A stretch of 20,011 nucleotides of DNA, from assembly GCA_029856435.1 (NCBI GenBank), contig JAHQXB010000072.1:1-20011 (forward strand), in the 5' to 3' direction. This stretch comes from Candidatus Jordarchaeia archaeon. Its GTDB lineage: Archaea; Asgardarchaeota; Jordiarchaeia; Jordiarchaeales; Jordiarchaeaceae. The translations under genes and the position numbers were made by a program. How positions within the stretch are numbered: position 1 is the stretch's first letter; each line of letters starts with the position of its first letter. Below the pieces are notes generated by a model, which searched no databases, was not told the origin of the DNA, and saw only the letters and a list, made by a program, of their open reading frames with translations. Below, piece by piece: positions 7,940-16,298 of this stretch.

Positions 7940-8661
7940 GAACCGCCTCCAGACCTTTTTCCCAAGCCCAAGTTGATTTTTGCATTAGGCCGCACTTTGA
8001 AGCCCTCACTTTCAATTAGGGGAAGCACAGGAATGGAACCATCAGGATTAAACCTTGAAATTACCCCCACTGTAAATACGGTCTCGACTTCACTTTCAAG
8101 GCTCCTTAATGTTCTGAGTATTTCTGGGACATTTTCTAGATTGGTTTTGAATTCAATCAAGCATGAAATAACCCTCTCCTCACCAATGTTGAATCTCAGT
8201 TTTCCGGATTCATCTATCAGATGTGTATAGGGATTTTGCTTCTCAAACTCCACCCCTTTTCCAGCCAAAGCTATGGAAACCTTTTCTGCCTCCTTAAAGC
8301 TTGTTCCCAAACCCGGTCTTCCCAGCTCCACACAAAAGCCAACCTCTCCCCAGCCGTACCTATCTGTAACGTCGTTGGTTTTCATTTCTTCAGTACCTCT
8401 CCCGGGAATACCAGTCACTTTATGACTGCTTGCAACATCGCTAAAGGCGTTCCGAATTTCTCTGGGCCACCCTAAAGCAGTCGTTCGAATCGCGTCCTCC
8501 GGACAAACACCAGAACGGTAACAGGTATAGCACTCCACACACCTAGCCTCATCTATTCTTGCCTTACCTCTCTCCAATGAAATGGCGTTAACCGGGCAGT
8601 AAAGCACACAAACACCACACCCCACACATTTTTCCTCATCAACTATCACTTTTAATCCCAC
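7933..8661 (-). CDS. 2x[4Fe-4S] ferredoxin-domain protein with uncharacterised C-terminal domain
   Basis: CVGCGVCVLYCP and CVECYTCYRSGVCP dicluster motifs, followed by TGIPGRGTEEMKTNDVT and ELGRPGLG blocks. GTG start. Confidence 0.85.
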   Translation of the reverse strand: MGLKVIVDEEKCVGCGVCVLYCPVNAISLERGKARIDEARCVECYTCYRSGVCPEDAIRTTALGWPREIRNAFSDVASSHKVTGIPGRGTEEMKTNDVTDRYGWGEVGFCVELGRPGLGTSFKEAEKVSIALAGKGVEFEKQNPYTHLIDESGKLRFNIGEERVISCLIEFKTNLENVPEILRTLRSLESEVETVFTVGVISRFNPDGSIPVLPLIESEGFKVRPNAKINLGLGKRSGGGSW

Positions 8662-8710
8662 ATCCTAACTTTTATCATTATAATTTTTGTTGGAGACTTC
8701 TGAAGAGTGA

Positions 8711-8727
8711 TAAATATTTATATATAG
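8711..8727. promoter_or_regulatory. Divergent promoter: palindrome TAAATATTTA fused to TATATATA
   Basis: Lies between the divergent starts at 8661 (-) and 8774 (+) and reads as a TATA box on both strands. Confidence 0.55.
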
Positions 8728-8773
8728 AAAACAAAGAATATTTAAGTACCTCCAATTTTTTGGGGGAGAACTA

Positions 8774-9727
8774 ATGGGTAGAGACAAAAGGGTTGAAGAA
8801 GCCTTAAATAGGCTGGAACAGGGCATTGAAAAAATTGCGGAAGTTTTTGACCAGTACACAGAAACCGTGAGGCAAGAAATCGCCTTCATAAATCAAAGAA
8901 TTTTAGACCTAGAGAGTAAAATCGACAATATTGAAAATTGGCACTCCTTCTCAGGAGAAACACCAAAACACTTGCCTCTGAGACCTGAAGCAGCCCCAGA
9001 AACCACTTCTCAAATGGGAACAAAACCCACACCAATGGTCAGTAGGCCCACCCCAATTGAAGATTACACCCAACAAATGCAAGAAGAGCCCACACCAGCA
9101 GAAGAAAGTTACTCACCACCAGCGAGAACACCTCCCCCTAGGCAACCTGCAAGACGAACAATAGAACCCGCTAGTTTCATTTCCAAAGAAGACCTAGGAT
9201 TGGGAGGAGCACCGTCACAGGAAGAAGAAATCGGAAGATACCGCCCCTCCCGAGGAGGAATAGTGGAGGAGAAATTCGTTAAACCCTCAGTATTTTCAAG
9301 AGAGTTGAATAAACTACAGGAAGCTGCGGCCACCGCACCCCAGACACTGTACGGTCCCGGAGGAGTTACACCCCCACCCTCGATGCAGCTCAGACAACAA
9401 ATTTCAGCCGTTTTAGGAAAAATAAGGCCAGAAGCCCAAGTACGGGCTCCCCGTCCCTCACCAGTCCAATATGGTCCGACCGCGGGCTATCACGCTCCAA
9501 CCCCGCCCACAGATGTAGGAACGTATGGTCCGCCTCCACCTCAACCAGCATACGCAGCAGAACCACTTCACACTGCTGCGCCGGCCCCAGCTGGAGAAGT
9601 TAAGACCATTAGTGTGCCTGATAACTGGCTTCCTGAATCCTCTAGGGCAAAATACTATAATCCCAAGCAATTAAAGAAGGGCGACCTTAAAGAGATGGAA
9701 AAGAAAACTAAAGATATATTCAAGTGA
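8774..9727 (+). CDS. Hypothetical protein: N-terminal coiled coil, long Pro-rich disordered region, short C-terminal helices
   Basis: Heptad pattern over about aa 5-55; many PxxP/PPP tracts (GPPPPQP, PPPRQP, TPPPS); long uninterrupted ORF with ATG after GGGGGAG and a TATA box upstream. Confidence 0.8.
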   Translation: MGRDKRVEEALNRLEQGIEKIAEVFDQYTETVRQEIAFINQRILDLESKIDNIENWHSFSGETPKHLPLRPEAAPETTSQMGTKPTPMVSRPTPIEDYTQQMQEEPTPAEESYSPPARTPPPRQPARRTIEPASFISKEDLGLGGAPSQEEEIGRYRPSRGGIVEEKFVKPSVFSRELNKLQEAAATAPQTLYGPGGVTPPPSMQLRQQISAVLGKIRPEAQVRAPRPSPVQYGPTAGYHAPTPPTDVGTYGPPPPQPAYAAEPLHTAAPAPAGEVKTISVPDNWLPESSRAKYYNPKQLKKGDLKEMEKKTKDIFK

Positions 9728-9835
9728 AAAACAGGAGGGCTTCCACAATATAGATGCTTTGATTAGCGAATTTGCAATAATAGAGTGATAAAGTTTATTA
9801 TACTATTTTTCAAAAAAAGAAAGAGGAGGGAGAGT

Positions 9836-10783
9836 TTAGAAGTTAACTTTGTCTATCCCTTTAAGTCCCAACATTTTTCTGGCCTCATCGGGGGTAGCGA
9901 TTTCTCTGCCCAAATCCTCAATGATTCTCCTCATTTTCTCAACTAGTGGTGCATTACCGGGCGAGAGTTCTCTATACCTAATAAATAGGTTGTCCTCTAA
10001 ACCCACCCGCACATGGCCTCCCATAACTGCAGCTACAGCGCCGAGGTGGAATTGTGCCGGGTAGCCGACTCCAATTACTGACCATGTGAAGTTGTTTAGG
10101 CCAAGTATTCTTTGGGCTTCAGTATACATGTGTATTAGTTCGTAGGGAGTGTTTCCAGTTCCTCCCAAAACTCCTAGAACGAATTGCATATGTGCAGGGA
10201 GTTTTACCCATCCGAACCTTATCATTGCCATAAGGTTCCAGAGGCCATTGGGACCATAGCACTCAAATTCGGGTTTAACATTATTTTCATACATTATGCT
10301 CATAAATCTCTCTACGTCTGCGAAGGTGTTCTTAAATACGTAATCCTTTGTAGACATTAGGATTGCGTACATTAGCTGGTCGTCTTTGAATCTCTCTGCG
10401 AGGGGGAACATGGAGAAGTTCATTGTTTCAGTGTTGCAGGAGCACATTTCGGGAGCGAACTCTGCAGCCACGGCGATTCTTTCATCGGCAGTCATGTCTT
10501 TGCCTCCGCCTGTTGTACAACAAACTATGAGGTCGTCAGCCTTTTGCTTAATTTTTTCTAGGGTTTCTCTCCAGACTTTTAAATCCGCTGTTGGAAACCC
10601 AGATTTGGGATCCCTCACATGAACGTGGACTATTGCTGCGCCTGCATCACGAGCCTTTTTGGCCTCGTCAGATATCTGATCTGGTGTTATGGGTATGTAT
10701 TTTGACTGGGCGGGGAAGGTTGCACCTCCGGTAAGTGCACATGTTATAATGCATTTCTCTCGCCAAGCAGTTAGTGCGGCCAT
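9836..10783 (-). CDS. Beta-keto acid cleavage enzyme (BKACE / DUF849, Kce family)
   Basis: IITCALTGG, AGAAIVHVHVRD (HxH Zn site), KPEFECY and GGHVRVGLEDN motifs. Confidence 0.92.
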   Translation of the reverse strand: MAALTAWREKCIITCALTGGATFPAQSKYIPITPDQISDEAKKARDAGAAIVHVHVRDPKSGFPTADLKVWRETLEKIKQKADDLIVCCTTGGGKDMTADERIAVAAEFAPEMCSCNTETMNFSMFPLAERFKDDQLMYAILMSTKDYVFKNTFADVERFMSIMYENNVKPEFECYGPNGLWNLMAMIRFGWVKLPAHMQFVLGVLGGTGNTPYELIHMYTEAQRILGLNNFTWSVIGVGYPAQFHLGAVAAVMGGHVRVGLEDNLFIRYRELSPGNAPLVEKMRRIIEDLGREIATPDEARKMLGLKGIDKVNF

Positions 10784-10939
10784 AAAAATTTACCTCCAAA
10801 AAGCTGTTTTGACATTTTTAAAATTATGGTTTACTCTGGAATTATATTAATTTTTGGGTAAAAAAGTAATTATACCAATAAGGGAGCGAAATATTAAAGA
10901 GTTTAAAGGCTCACCTACCGATTAAGGGGGGATGCAGCT

Positions 10940-11812
10940 TCAGGTTTTTATTAGGTTTTCCATTGCCTTTTTGGCCTCTAAAGCGGCCATTTCCGGGTCT
11001 TTAGAGCCCCATACCTCCAGTGTGATTAGACCGTTATAGTTGGTTTTTTTCAGGGCATCCACAATGGGTTTAAAGTTGATTTTTCCCTCTCCGGGAATTT
11101 TGTGGGCGTCAAATGTGCCGTCATTATCGTGTAGGTGGATATTGATGAGGCGTTTTCCCAATTTCTTTATTGTTTCTGCTATTCTACTTTCCGGGGAAAT
11201 GTTTGATCTCGTGGGGTTTTGAAGTTCCAGATATTTTGAAACTATGTAGGCGTGGGCGATGTCCAGTGTCGCGTTCACGTTTTCGAAGTTGGCGATGTAC
11301 TCTAAGAGGTCTTCTAAGGTGAAGCAGTAGCTAATGCTTATGGGAATATTCTCCAAACCTATAAGGACTCCGGTCTCAAGTGAGTAATCCATTAGAGTCT
11401 GAAGTGATTCGAGAAAGTTCCTTTTCCCCTTTTCTCTCAGTGATGGTATGAATGGGTAGGGTGGCATGTGTCCAGGGTGGAATGTAACTAGTCTTGAACC
11501 CAGTTTTCGAGCCAGATCCATGGACCATTTCACCTGATTCACGGATTCCCTTCGAAAGTTGGTAATGTGGGATGCGATGTTTATGTCCCAGATGGGAGCG
11601 TGTATTGAACTCTGGAACCCGAATGAGTTGAGAGTATCTGCCAATTTTTGCTGCTCTTTTTCTTCAAAATCACCCGACCATTTTTGAGGCACATCGGCCC
11701 AGATTTCTATGGAGGAGTAACCATACTCTGCAGATTTTTCAACAATTTTTTCCAAACTAAGATCAAGAAATAAGGTACTCGAAAATCCCACAGGCACCAT
11801 AATTCTTCTCAC
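10940..11812 (-). CDS. Sugar-phosphate isomerase/epimerase (xylose isomerase-like TIM barrel, AP endonuclease 2 family)
   Basis: SIHAP, TFHPG, GLEN, LDIAH, IHLHDNDG.FDAH.IPGEG and TLEV metal-binding motifs. The start may be ATG 11800. Confidence 0.85.
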   Translation of the reverse strand: MRRIMVPVGFSSTLFLDLSLEKIVEKSAEYGYSSIEIWADVPQKWSGDFEEKEQQKLADTLNSFGFQSSIHAPIWDINIASHITNFRRESVNQVKWSMDLARKLGSRLVTFHPGHMPPYPFIPSLREKGKRNFLESLQTLMDYSLETGVLIGLENIPISISYCFTLEDLLEYIANFENVNATLDIAHAYIVSKYLELQNPTRSNISPESRIAETIKKLGKRLINIHLHDNDGTFDAHKIPGEGKINFKPIVDALKKTNYNGLITLEVWGSKDPEMAALEAKKAMENLIKT

Positions 11813-12121
11813 TTCACCAATTCTAACATTCCATTCTTGAGTAAAAATAATCCTAATAAAAGTTTATGCCCTACAACTCCTTTTAAATTCTCAGTATAAT
11901 CCCACCAGCCTATCCCAGAAGATTATACACACAATTAAGCTTCAACGCCCTCACAGGAGCAGAAATCAAGATTAGTGCAATATTTATCCGTGAAATTGGG
12001 AGAAGATTGTTTAGGTGAACAATGACCCAACAGGTTGGGTGGCTTCTTCAGCAATGTAGGAGTCAGGGTTAGTTAAGGTTTACATTTATCTGTGGCTTGG
12101 CCTGTAGCTTGGTGGAGGTTT

Positions 12122-12721
12122 TTAAATTTTGATATTCATTTTTTCCAGTAAATTTTTTAGGGATAATATGTCTTTTTCCATTTCTGTTTTTATGGCGGGA
12201 TTGTATAGGATTACTGCGGGGTGATATGTTTGGAAATATGTGATCCCATCTTTTTCGATGGGGTTCCCTCTCAGCTCACCAATAGAACCCGCTTTCCCCA
12301 ACAGGGTTAGGCGGGCTACATCTCCTAGAATGCAAATTATTTTGGGTTGGATTAACTCTATTTGTCTTTTGAGGTAGGGCCTACACTTTTCTAATTCTTC
12401 TTTTCTGGGCCTTCTATTTTTGGGTGGGCGGCACTTCACAGCATTTGTTATGTAAACCTTGGATCTCTCAAGACCCGCCAACTTTAGCAGTTGATCTAGG
12501 AATTTTCCCGCTCTTCCCACAAAGGGACGACCTTGCAGGTCTTCCTGTTCTCCAGGCGCTTCTCCCACAAAAACAACTCTAGCGTGGGGTTCGCCTTCCC
12601 CGAATACGACTCTGGTTCTTGTTTGGCACAGCGGGCAACGCACACAGTCCTTAGCTATTTTGTGCACATCTTCCAGTGTTAAATTTTCTGCGAGTTTTTT
12701 CATTAAAGGATCTTCACTCAT
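12122..12721 (-). CDS. udg: Uracil-DNA glycosylase, family 4 ([4Fe-4S])
   Basis: CVRC..., VFVGEAPGEQED..GRPFVGRAG, YITNAVKCRPP.NR.P, EKC and YHPA motifs. Confidence 0.95.
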   Translation of the reverse strand: MSEDPLMKKLAENLTLEDVHKIAKDCVRCPLCQTRTRVVFGEGEPHARVVFVGEAPGEQEDLQGRPFVGRAGKFLDQLLKLAGLERSKVYITNAVKCRPPKNRRPRKEELEKCRPYLKRQIELIQPKIICILGDVARLTLLGKAGSIGELRGNPIEKDGITYFQTYHPAVILYNPAIKTEMEKDILSLKNLLEKMNIKI

Positions 12722-12858
12722 TTTTATCCCTGCTACTTGAAAGTGTTAGGGTTTGTACAAACTTGCTAAGCCACTTTTTGGAGAAACTATTTTTGTGCGT
12801 ATTATTTTTGAAGATTCTTCTATTGTAGTTTTGTTTGGATATTTGTTGAAATTATTGG

Positions 12859-13908
12859 TTAACCTATCATGTGTTCGTAGGGTGTGTACCAGCAGTGTTT
12901 TGCTGATTGTGAAAAGTCGAATTTGGAGAGGGGTTTTATCATTTGGATGTCTTCGGCGACTTTGCTGAAGCCATTGGACTCGAGGAATTTGGATTCAAAA
13001 TCGCAATTACTACTTATGATGCATAGGGCCATGGAGCAGCCCTTCATTTTTGCTTCTTCCAATAGTTTGGATAGAATAATTTTAGCTGTGCTTGTATCCT
13101 TCGGCTTGGTGGTGAACATGTATTCTAGGAGTGCAGTTTTCACATTTGACCCGAAGGCAACAATTTCTCTTATCCTTAGAGTTCCTCCTCCCATAATTTC
13201 TTGCTTACTTCTGAATATCCATGTTTGGCTTGGAAAAGCTTTTTCCGATTCAAAAAGCCTCCAGTTAAGCACATCGATACCTAGGGGATAGAAGGCCTCC
13301 ATTCTAGTGTATGCTTTGTTAAACTTCTCCGCATACTCCTTCAGATTTTCTTTGGTTAGCAGCTTCAAGACTCCACCATTATGTTTCCTTTCACTTTCCT
13401 CTTCACCAACTAAAGGTTCATCTTGGCTGAGTGTTTTGATGTAAAAATGGAAGGTTTTGGCATCTACAAAACCGTACTTCAAATATATTTTGTGAGCATG
13501 GCCCTCAGGATCTGCATAGAGAGTGAGACCATCAAGGCTTTTTTGCTCTGCATACTTTATGGATTCTTCTAACAGTTTGCTTGCTAAACCTTTACCCCAC
13601 AATTCCGGCTGAGTAGACACATCGTCTATCACCCCCAAATTGAGGACTTCCCCTCCTAATTTCGCCTTTCTAAAAGTTTCTATCACAGAGGATACAATTC
13701 TGCCCCCTTTTTCCAAAATGAAAACTCCTTTCGGATCGAAACCCGGCATTTCAAGGTAACGCCAAACCCAAAAATCTAAGCTTCTGGGGGTAAATACACT
13801 ATTCCTTCCAAAAGCAGCGTTAAACAAACTGTTAATCTGAAACTCGTCTCCGGGCTGATAATTCCTCAACTTGTAATCCGAACTCGGAACCAAATCACCA
13901 ACCACCAA
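12859..13908 (-). CDS. GNAT N-acetyltransferase with tandem GNAT domains (Eis-like layout)
   Basis: LRNYQPGD N-terminus; IDDVSTQPELWGKGLASKLL acetyl-CoA motif; AHKIYLKYGF; a degenerate second domain ending FLESNGF. TTG start. Confidence 0.85.
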   Translation of the reverse strand: MVVGDLVPSSDYKLRNYQPGDEFQINSLFNAAFGRNSVFTPRSLDFWVWRYLEMPGFDPKGVFILEKGGRIVSSVIETFRKAKLGGEVLNLGVIDDVSTQPELWGKGLASKLLEESIKYAEQKSLDGLTLYADPEGHAHKIYLKYGFVDAKTFHFYIKTLSQDEPLVGEEESERKHNGGVLKLLTKENLKEYAEKFNKAYTRMEAFYPLGIDVLNWRLFESEKAFPSQTWIFRSKQEIMGGGTLRIREIVAFGSNVKTALLEYMFTTKPKDTSTAKIILSKLLEEAKMKGCSMALCIISSNCDFESKFLESNGFSKVAEDIQMIKPLSKFDFSQSAKHCWYTPYEHMIG

Positions 13909-14056
13909 AACATCTATGAAACTACCTTTTAAACCTGTTAAGCAGCCAATTGAGGTTCAAACACCTAGGAATAGTGAGTTTTGCAGATTCAAAAACTTAT
14001 GGGTAATTCAGCAAAGCTTTATTAAAAAGAAGTGAGAAAAGTAACTATCAAAACTT

Positions 14057-14638
14057 TTGTGGCGTTTTACCTTGCCAGACATTTTTACTATACTGGCCGC
14101 ATTCTTAACAATGGTTATTCAGTTCTCGGGGGTTGTGGTGCCCGTCTTAGTCCTAATGCTAAGTTCAGGCATGAATATATACCATATTACGGCAATCTGG
14201 CTGGCGTCGCACACCGCCGCTATCACAATAGCCTACTTCTCAACAAGATTTTTGAGGAAAAAGAGTGGAAGAGTATCAGACTACTTGCAGAAAAAATTAG
14301 CGGAGGCTGAGGCCTATGTGGGATCCCTCGGTCTTTTTATTGGTTTAATTTTGTTTAATTTCTCGGTCTGGATTTATATCTCAGTTCCCATCATGGTTTT
14401 AATGAATGTAGACTGGAAAAAAATATACTTAACCTCAATTATTGGACACACCTTTTATTACCTGATAATGCTCTCGAGCATATTCTGGCTTTACACGTTA
14501 TACTCCAACATCCTAATCACAATAGTAGCAACCTTGCTAATCGCTTTCGCCACTTCAGTTATGGTCTACCACACTTTTAGAAAAATTAACGGTAAAAAAA
14601 TTCAAGTAGAAAAGCCTAGAAGTGAAAAGCCCCAATGA
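14057..14638 (+). CDS. Integral membrane protein, possibly DedA/VTT-like
   Basis: 193 aa with 5-6 hydrophobic segments split by a basic amphipathic helix (RFLRKK...QKKLAEAEAY). The family call rests on topology only. Confidence 0.6.
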   Translation: MWRFTLPDIFTILAAFLTMVIQFSGVVVPVLVLMLSSGMNIYHITAIWLASHTAAITIAYFSTRFLRKKSGRVSDYLQKKLAEAEAYVGSLGLFIGLILFNFSVWIYISVPIMVLMNVDWKKIYLTSIIGHTFYYLIMLSSIFWLYTLYSNILITIVATLLIAFATSVMVYHTFRKINGKKIQVEKPRSEKPQ

Positions 14639-14659
14639 CCTCGGGTTTCACATAATTAT

Positions 14660-16198
14660 CTAGTTTCTCACGAAAATTTTTACTGGTCCGAATTGTGCCA
14701 CCATCGTTGTGGAAACTGTAGGTGGTGGTGAAGTGAAGGGGGGGCCTATTACATAAATTGTTCCACTATTCGTATAGTAGTATTCCACAAATATTGAGAG
14801 TAGTAGATTCATAACTTCGAGCCACATACCATTTGTGGTGGGTCTTCCTGAGAAAGCGGTAATTGCAACAGAGTCTACACCCGCCCTACCGCCCAACACA
14901 CATATTGGTTGTTGGGGTAATGTGAACAGATCTATCCAGAGAGAGGCGAGATAGTAGAAAAAGGTGTTTCCAATAGGATCAATGTTTCCCGTTGGGTCAA
15001 AATTTATTGGTGTTAACCCCCTATACAGGGTTGGCCAAAATGCCAGATAACTGAAGGCGGAAGGCTCAAGATAAGGCGGAGTGTTGGGAGAATAAATGAA
15101 GACCTCTAAACTCTTCCCTACCGCTGGGGTTAGAGTTACCGCAGATAATCCCAAAATTAGGATTATTACTACTTGGGCTTTTCTCCATTTTCCGTGCTTG
15201 GACCCAATGAATCTTGACACGTTGACTCCCGTATAGAAAGATAACGGGATTAGTATGTATATCCAAAAACGGTGACCATACGAGATGAACATAGGAAGTA
15301 GAGCTAACGCAAATATGGCGAAAATGAAACTATTATTTTTATAGTATTTGAAGGAGTAAAGGAGACTAGGGACTCCCAAAACCCAAGCCAAGAGAGGAAT
15401 GTGGAGTCCCAGTGGCGTGCCCACTGACGAGAGCCAGTCAAAATTGGCTAATACGTGGATTAGCCAGGGAGCGTACACCAGCAGTGAAGCCCCCAAAACC
15501 TTTACAAAGAATGGAAGATAACCTTCATCCCTCCTCACAATGGAAAAGGCTCCCAAAACGATTATTATGAGTAGGGGCATGGATATGTGCATCCAAAGAG
15601 CCAGTGATAGGAGGGTAATCGAGGTTACCATTTTTTTCTGTGTAAAAGACCAAAAAAGAATAAGGGAAAATATCAAAACAAGGCTTACTGGAGAAGTCTC
15701 ATAACAATCTGTAAAAGTGGTAAGCACAGCAATGTAACAGGTAAAGGTGTAGAAGGCTGCTTTGAAACCAACAAATTTTCGGGTAGTCCACCACAAGCTA
15801 AGAACCAAAAGGGGATAAGTTAAAACCTTAACGAGCTTGACGGATAGAAGAACATTTCCCCCGCTAACTTTCATGGTTAAAGCCATCAAAACATGCAGTA
15901 ACGGCGGATAGAGATTTGGCCTACCAACCGGTGCGAATTCCCAGAAATCCCATGTGGGAACAAAGCCCAACCGGTAAATTTGTTGTGCTACCGACATATG
16001 GTAGAAATCATCATAAACTATGGGCGGACCAACTATCCACAGTCCAACCCCAAAAAAAACTATTATAGCAAAGACTAGAAAATCAAACAGATGTAAGGGT
16101 CCCAGGAAAACATTGTCCAGAATACTAGGCAATTCAGTAGGCAACTCTTTTTCAAATTTTACTCCGCATATAGTTACTCCGCGCATAGAACTGAACAT
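14660..16198 (-). CDS. GT-C fold membrane glycosyltransferase-like protein (STT3/AglB- or PMT/ArnT-like N-terminus)
   Basis: First loop YDDFYH...G.VP.WD.....P.GRPNLYPPL resembles the AglB/STT3 EL1; about 11-12 TM segments; small C-terminal soluble domain; no WWDYG. The true start may be a downstream TTG near 16144. Confidence 0.7.
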   Translation of the reverse strand: MFSSMRGVTICGVKFEKELPTELPSILDNVFLGPLHLFDFLVFAIIVFFGVGLWIVGPPIVYDDFYHMSVAQQIYRLGFVPTWDFWEFAPVGRPNLYPPLLHVLMALTMKVSGGNVLLSVKLVKVLTYPLLVLSLWWTTRKFVGFKAAFYTFTCYIAVLTTFTDCYETSPVSLVLIFSLILFWSFTQKKMVTSITLLSLALWMHISMPLLIIIVLGAFSIVRRDEGYLPFFVKVLGASLLVYAPWLIHVLANFDWLSSVGTPLGLHIPLLAWVLGVPSLLYSFKYYKNNSFIFAIFALALLPMFISYGHRFWIYILIPLSFYTGVNVSRFIGSKHGKWRKAQVVIILILGLSAVTLTPAVGKSLEVFIYSPNTPPYLEPSAFSYLAFWPTLYRGLTPINFDPTGNIDPIGNTFFYYLASLWIDLFTLPQQPICVLGGRAGVDSVAITAFSGRPTTNGMWLEVMNLLLSIFVEYYYTNSGTIYVIGPPFTSPPPTVSTTMVAQFGPVKIFVRN

Positions 16199-16298
16199 CC
16201 AAGTTTTGGTTCAAAAACCATCACGAAACATACTAATATACTTTTTCGTGAAAAAAATTCAAAAATAGTTTTTACCTTTACAATTTCACTAAGTACGG

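Noticed and set aside
11887-12018. Short open frame ILSIIPPAYPRR...IREIGRRLFR on the plus strand
   Set aside because: About 43 codons with no start codon or RBS and no recognisable family; could be a relic but is unsupported.
11996-12076. Possible Sec readthrough (LGEDCLGEQ-TGA followed by a hairpin)
   Set aside because: The frame is very short, closes soon after and shows no selenoprotein motif.
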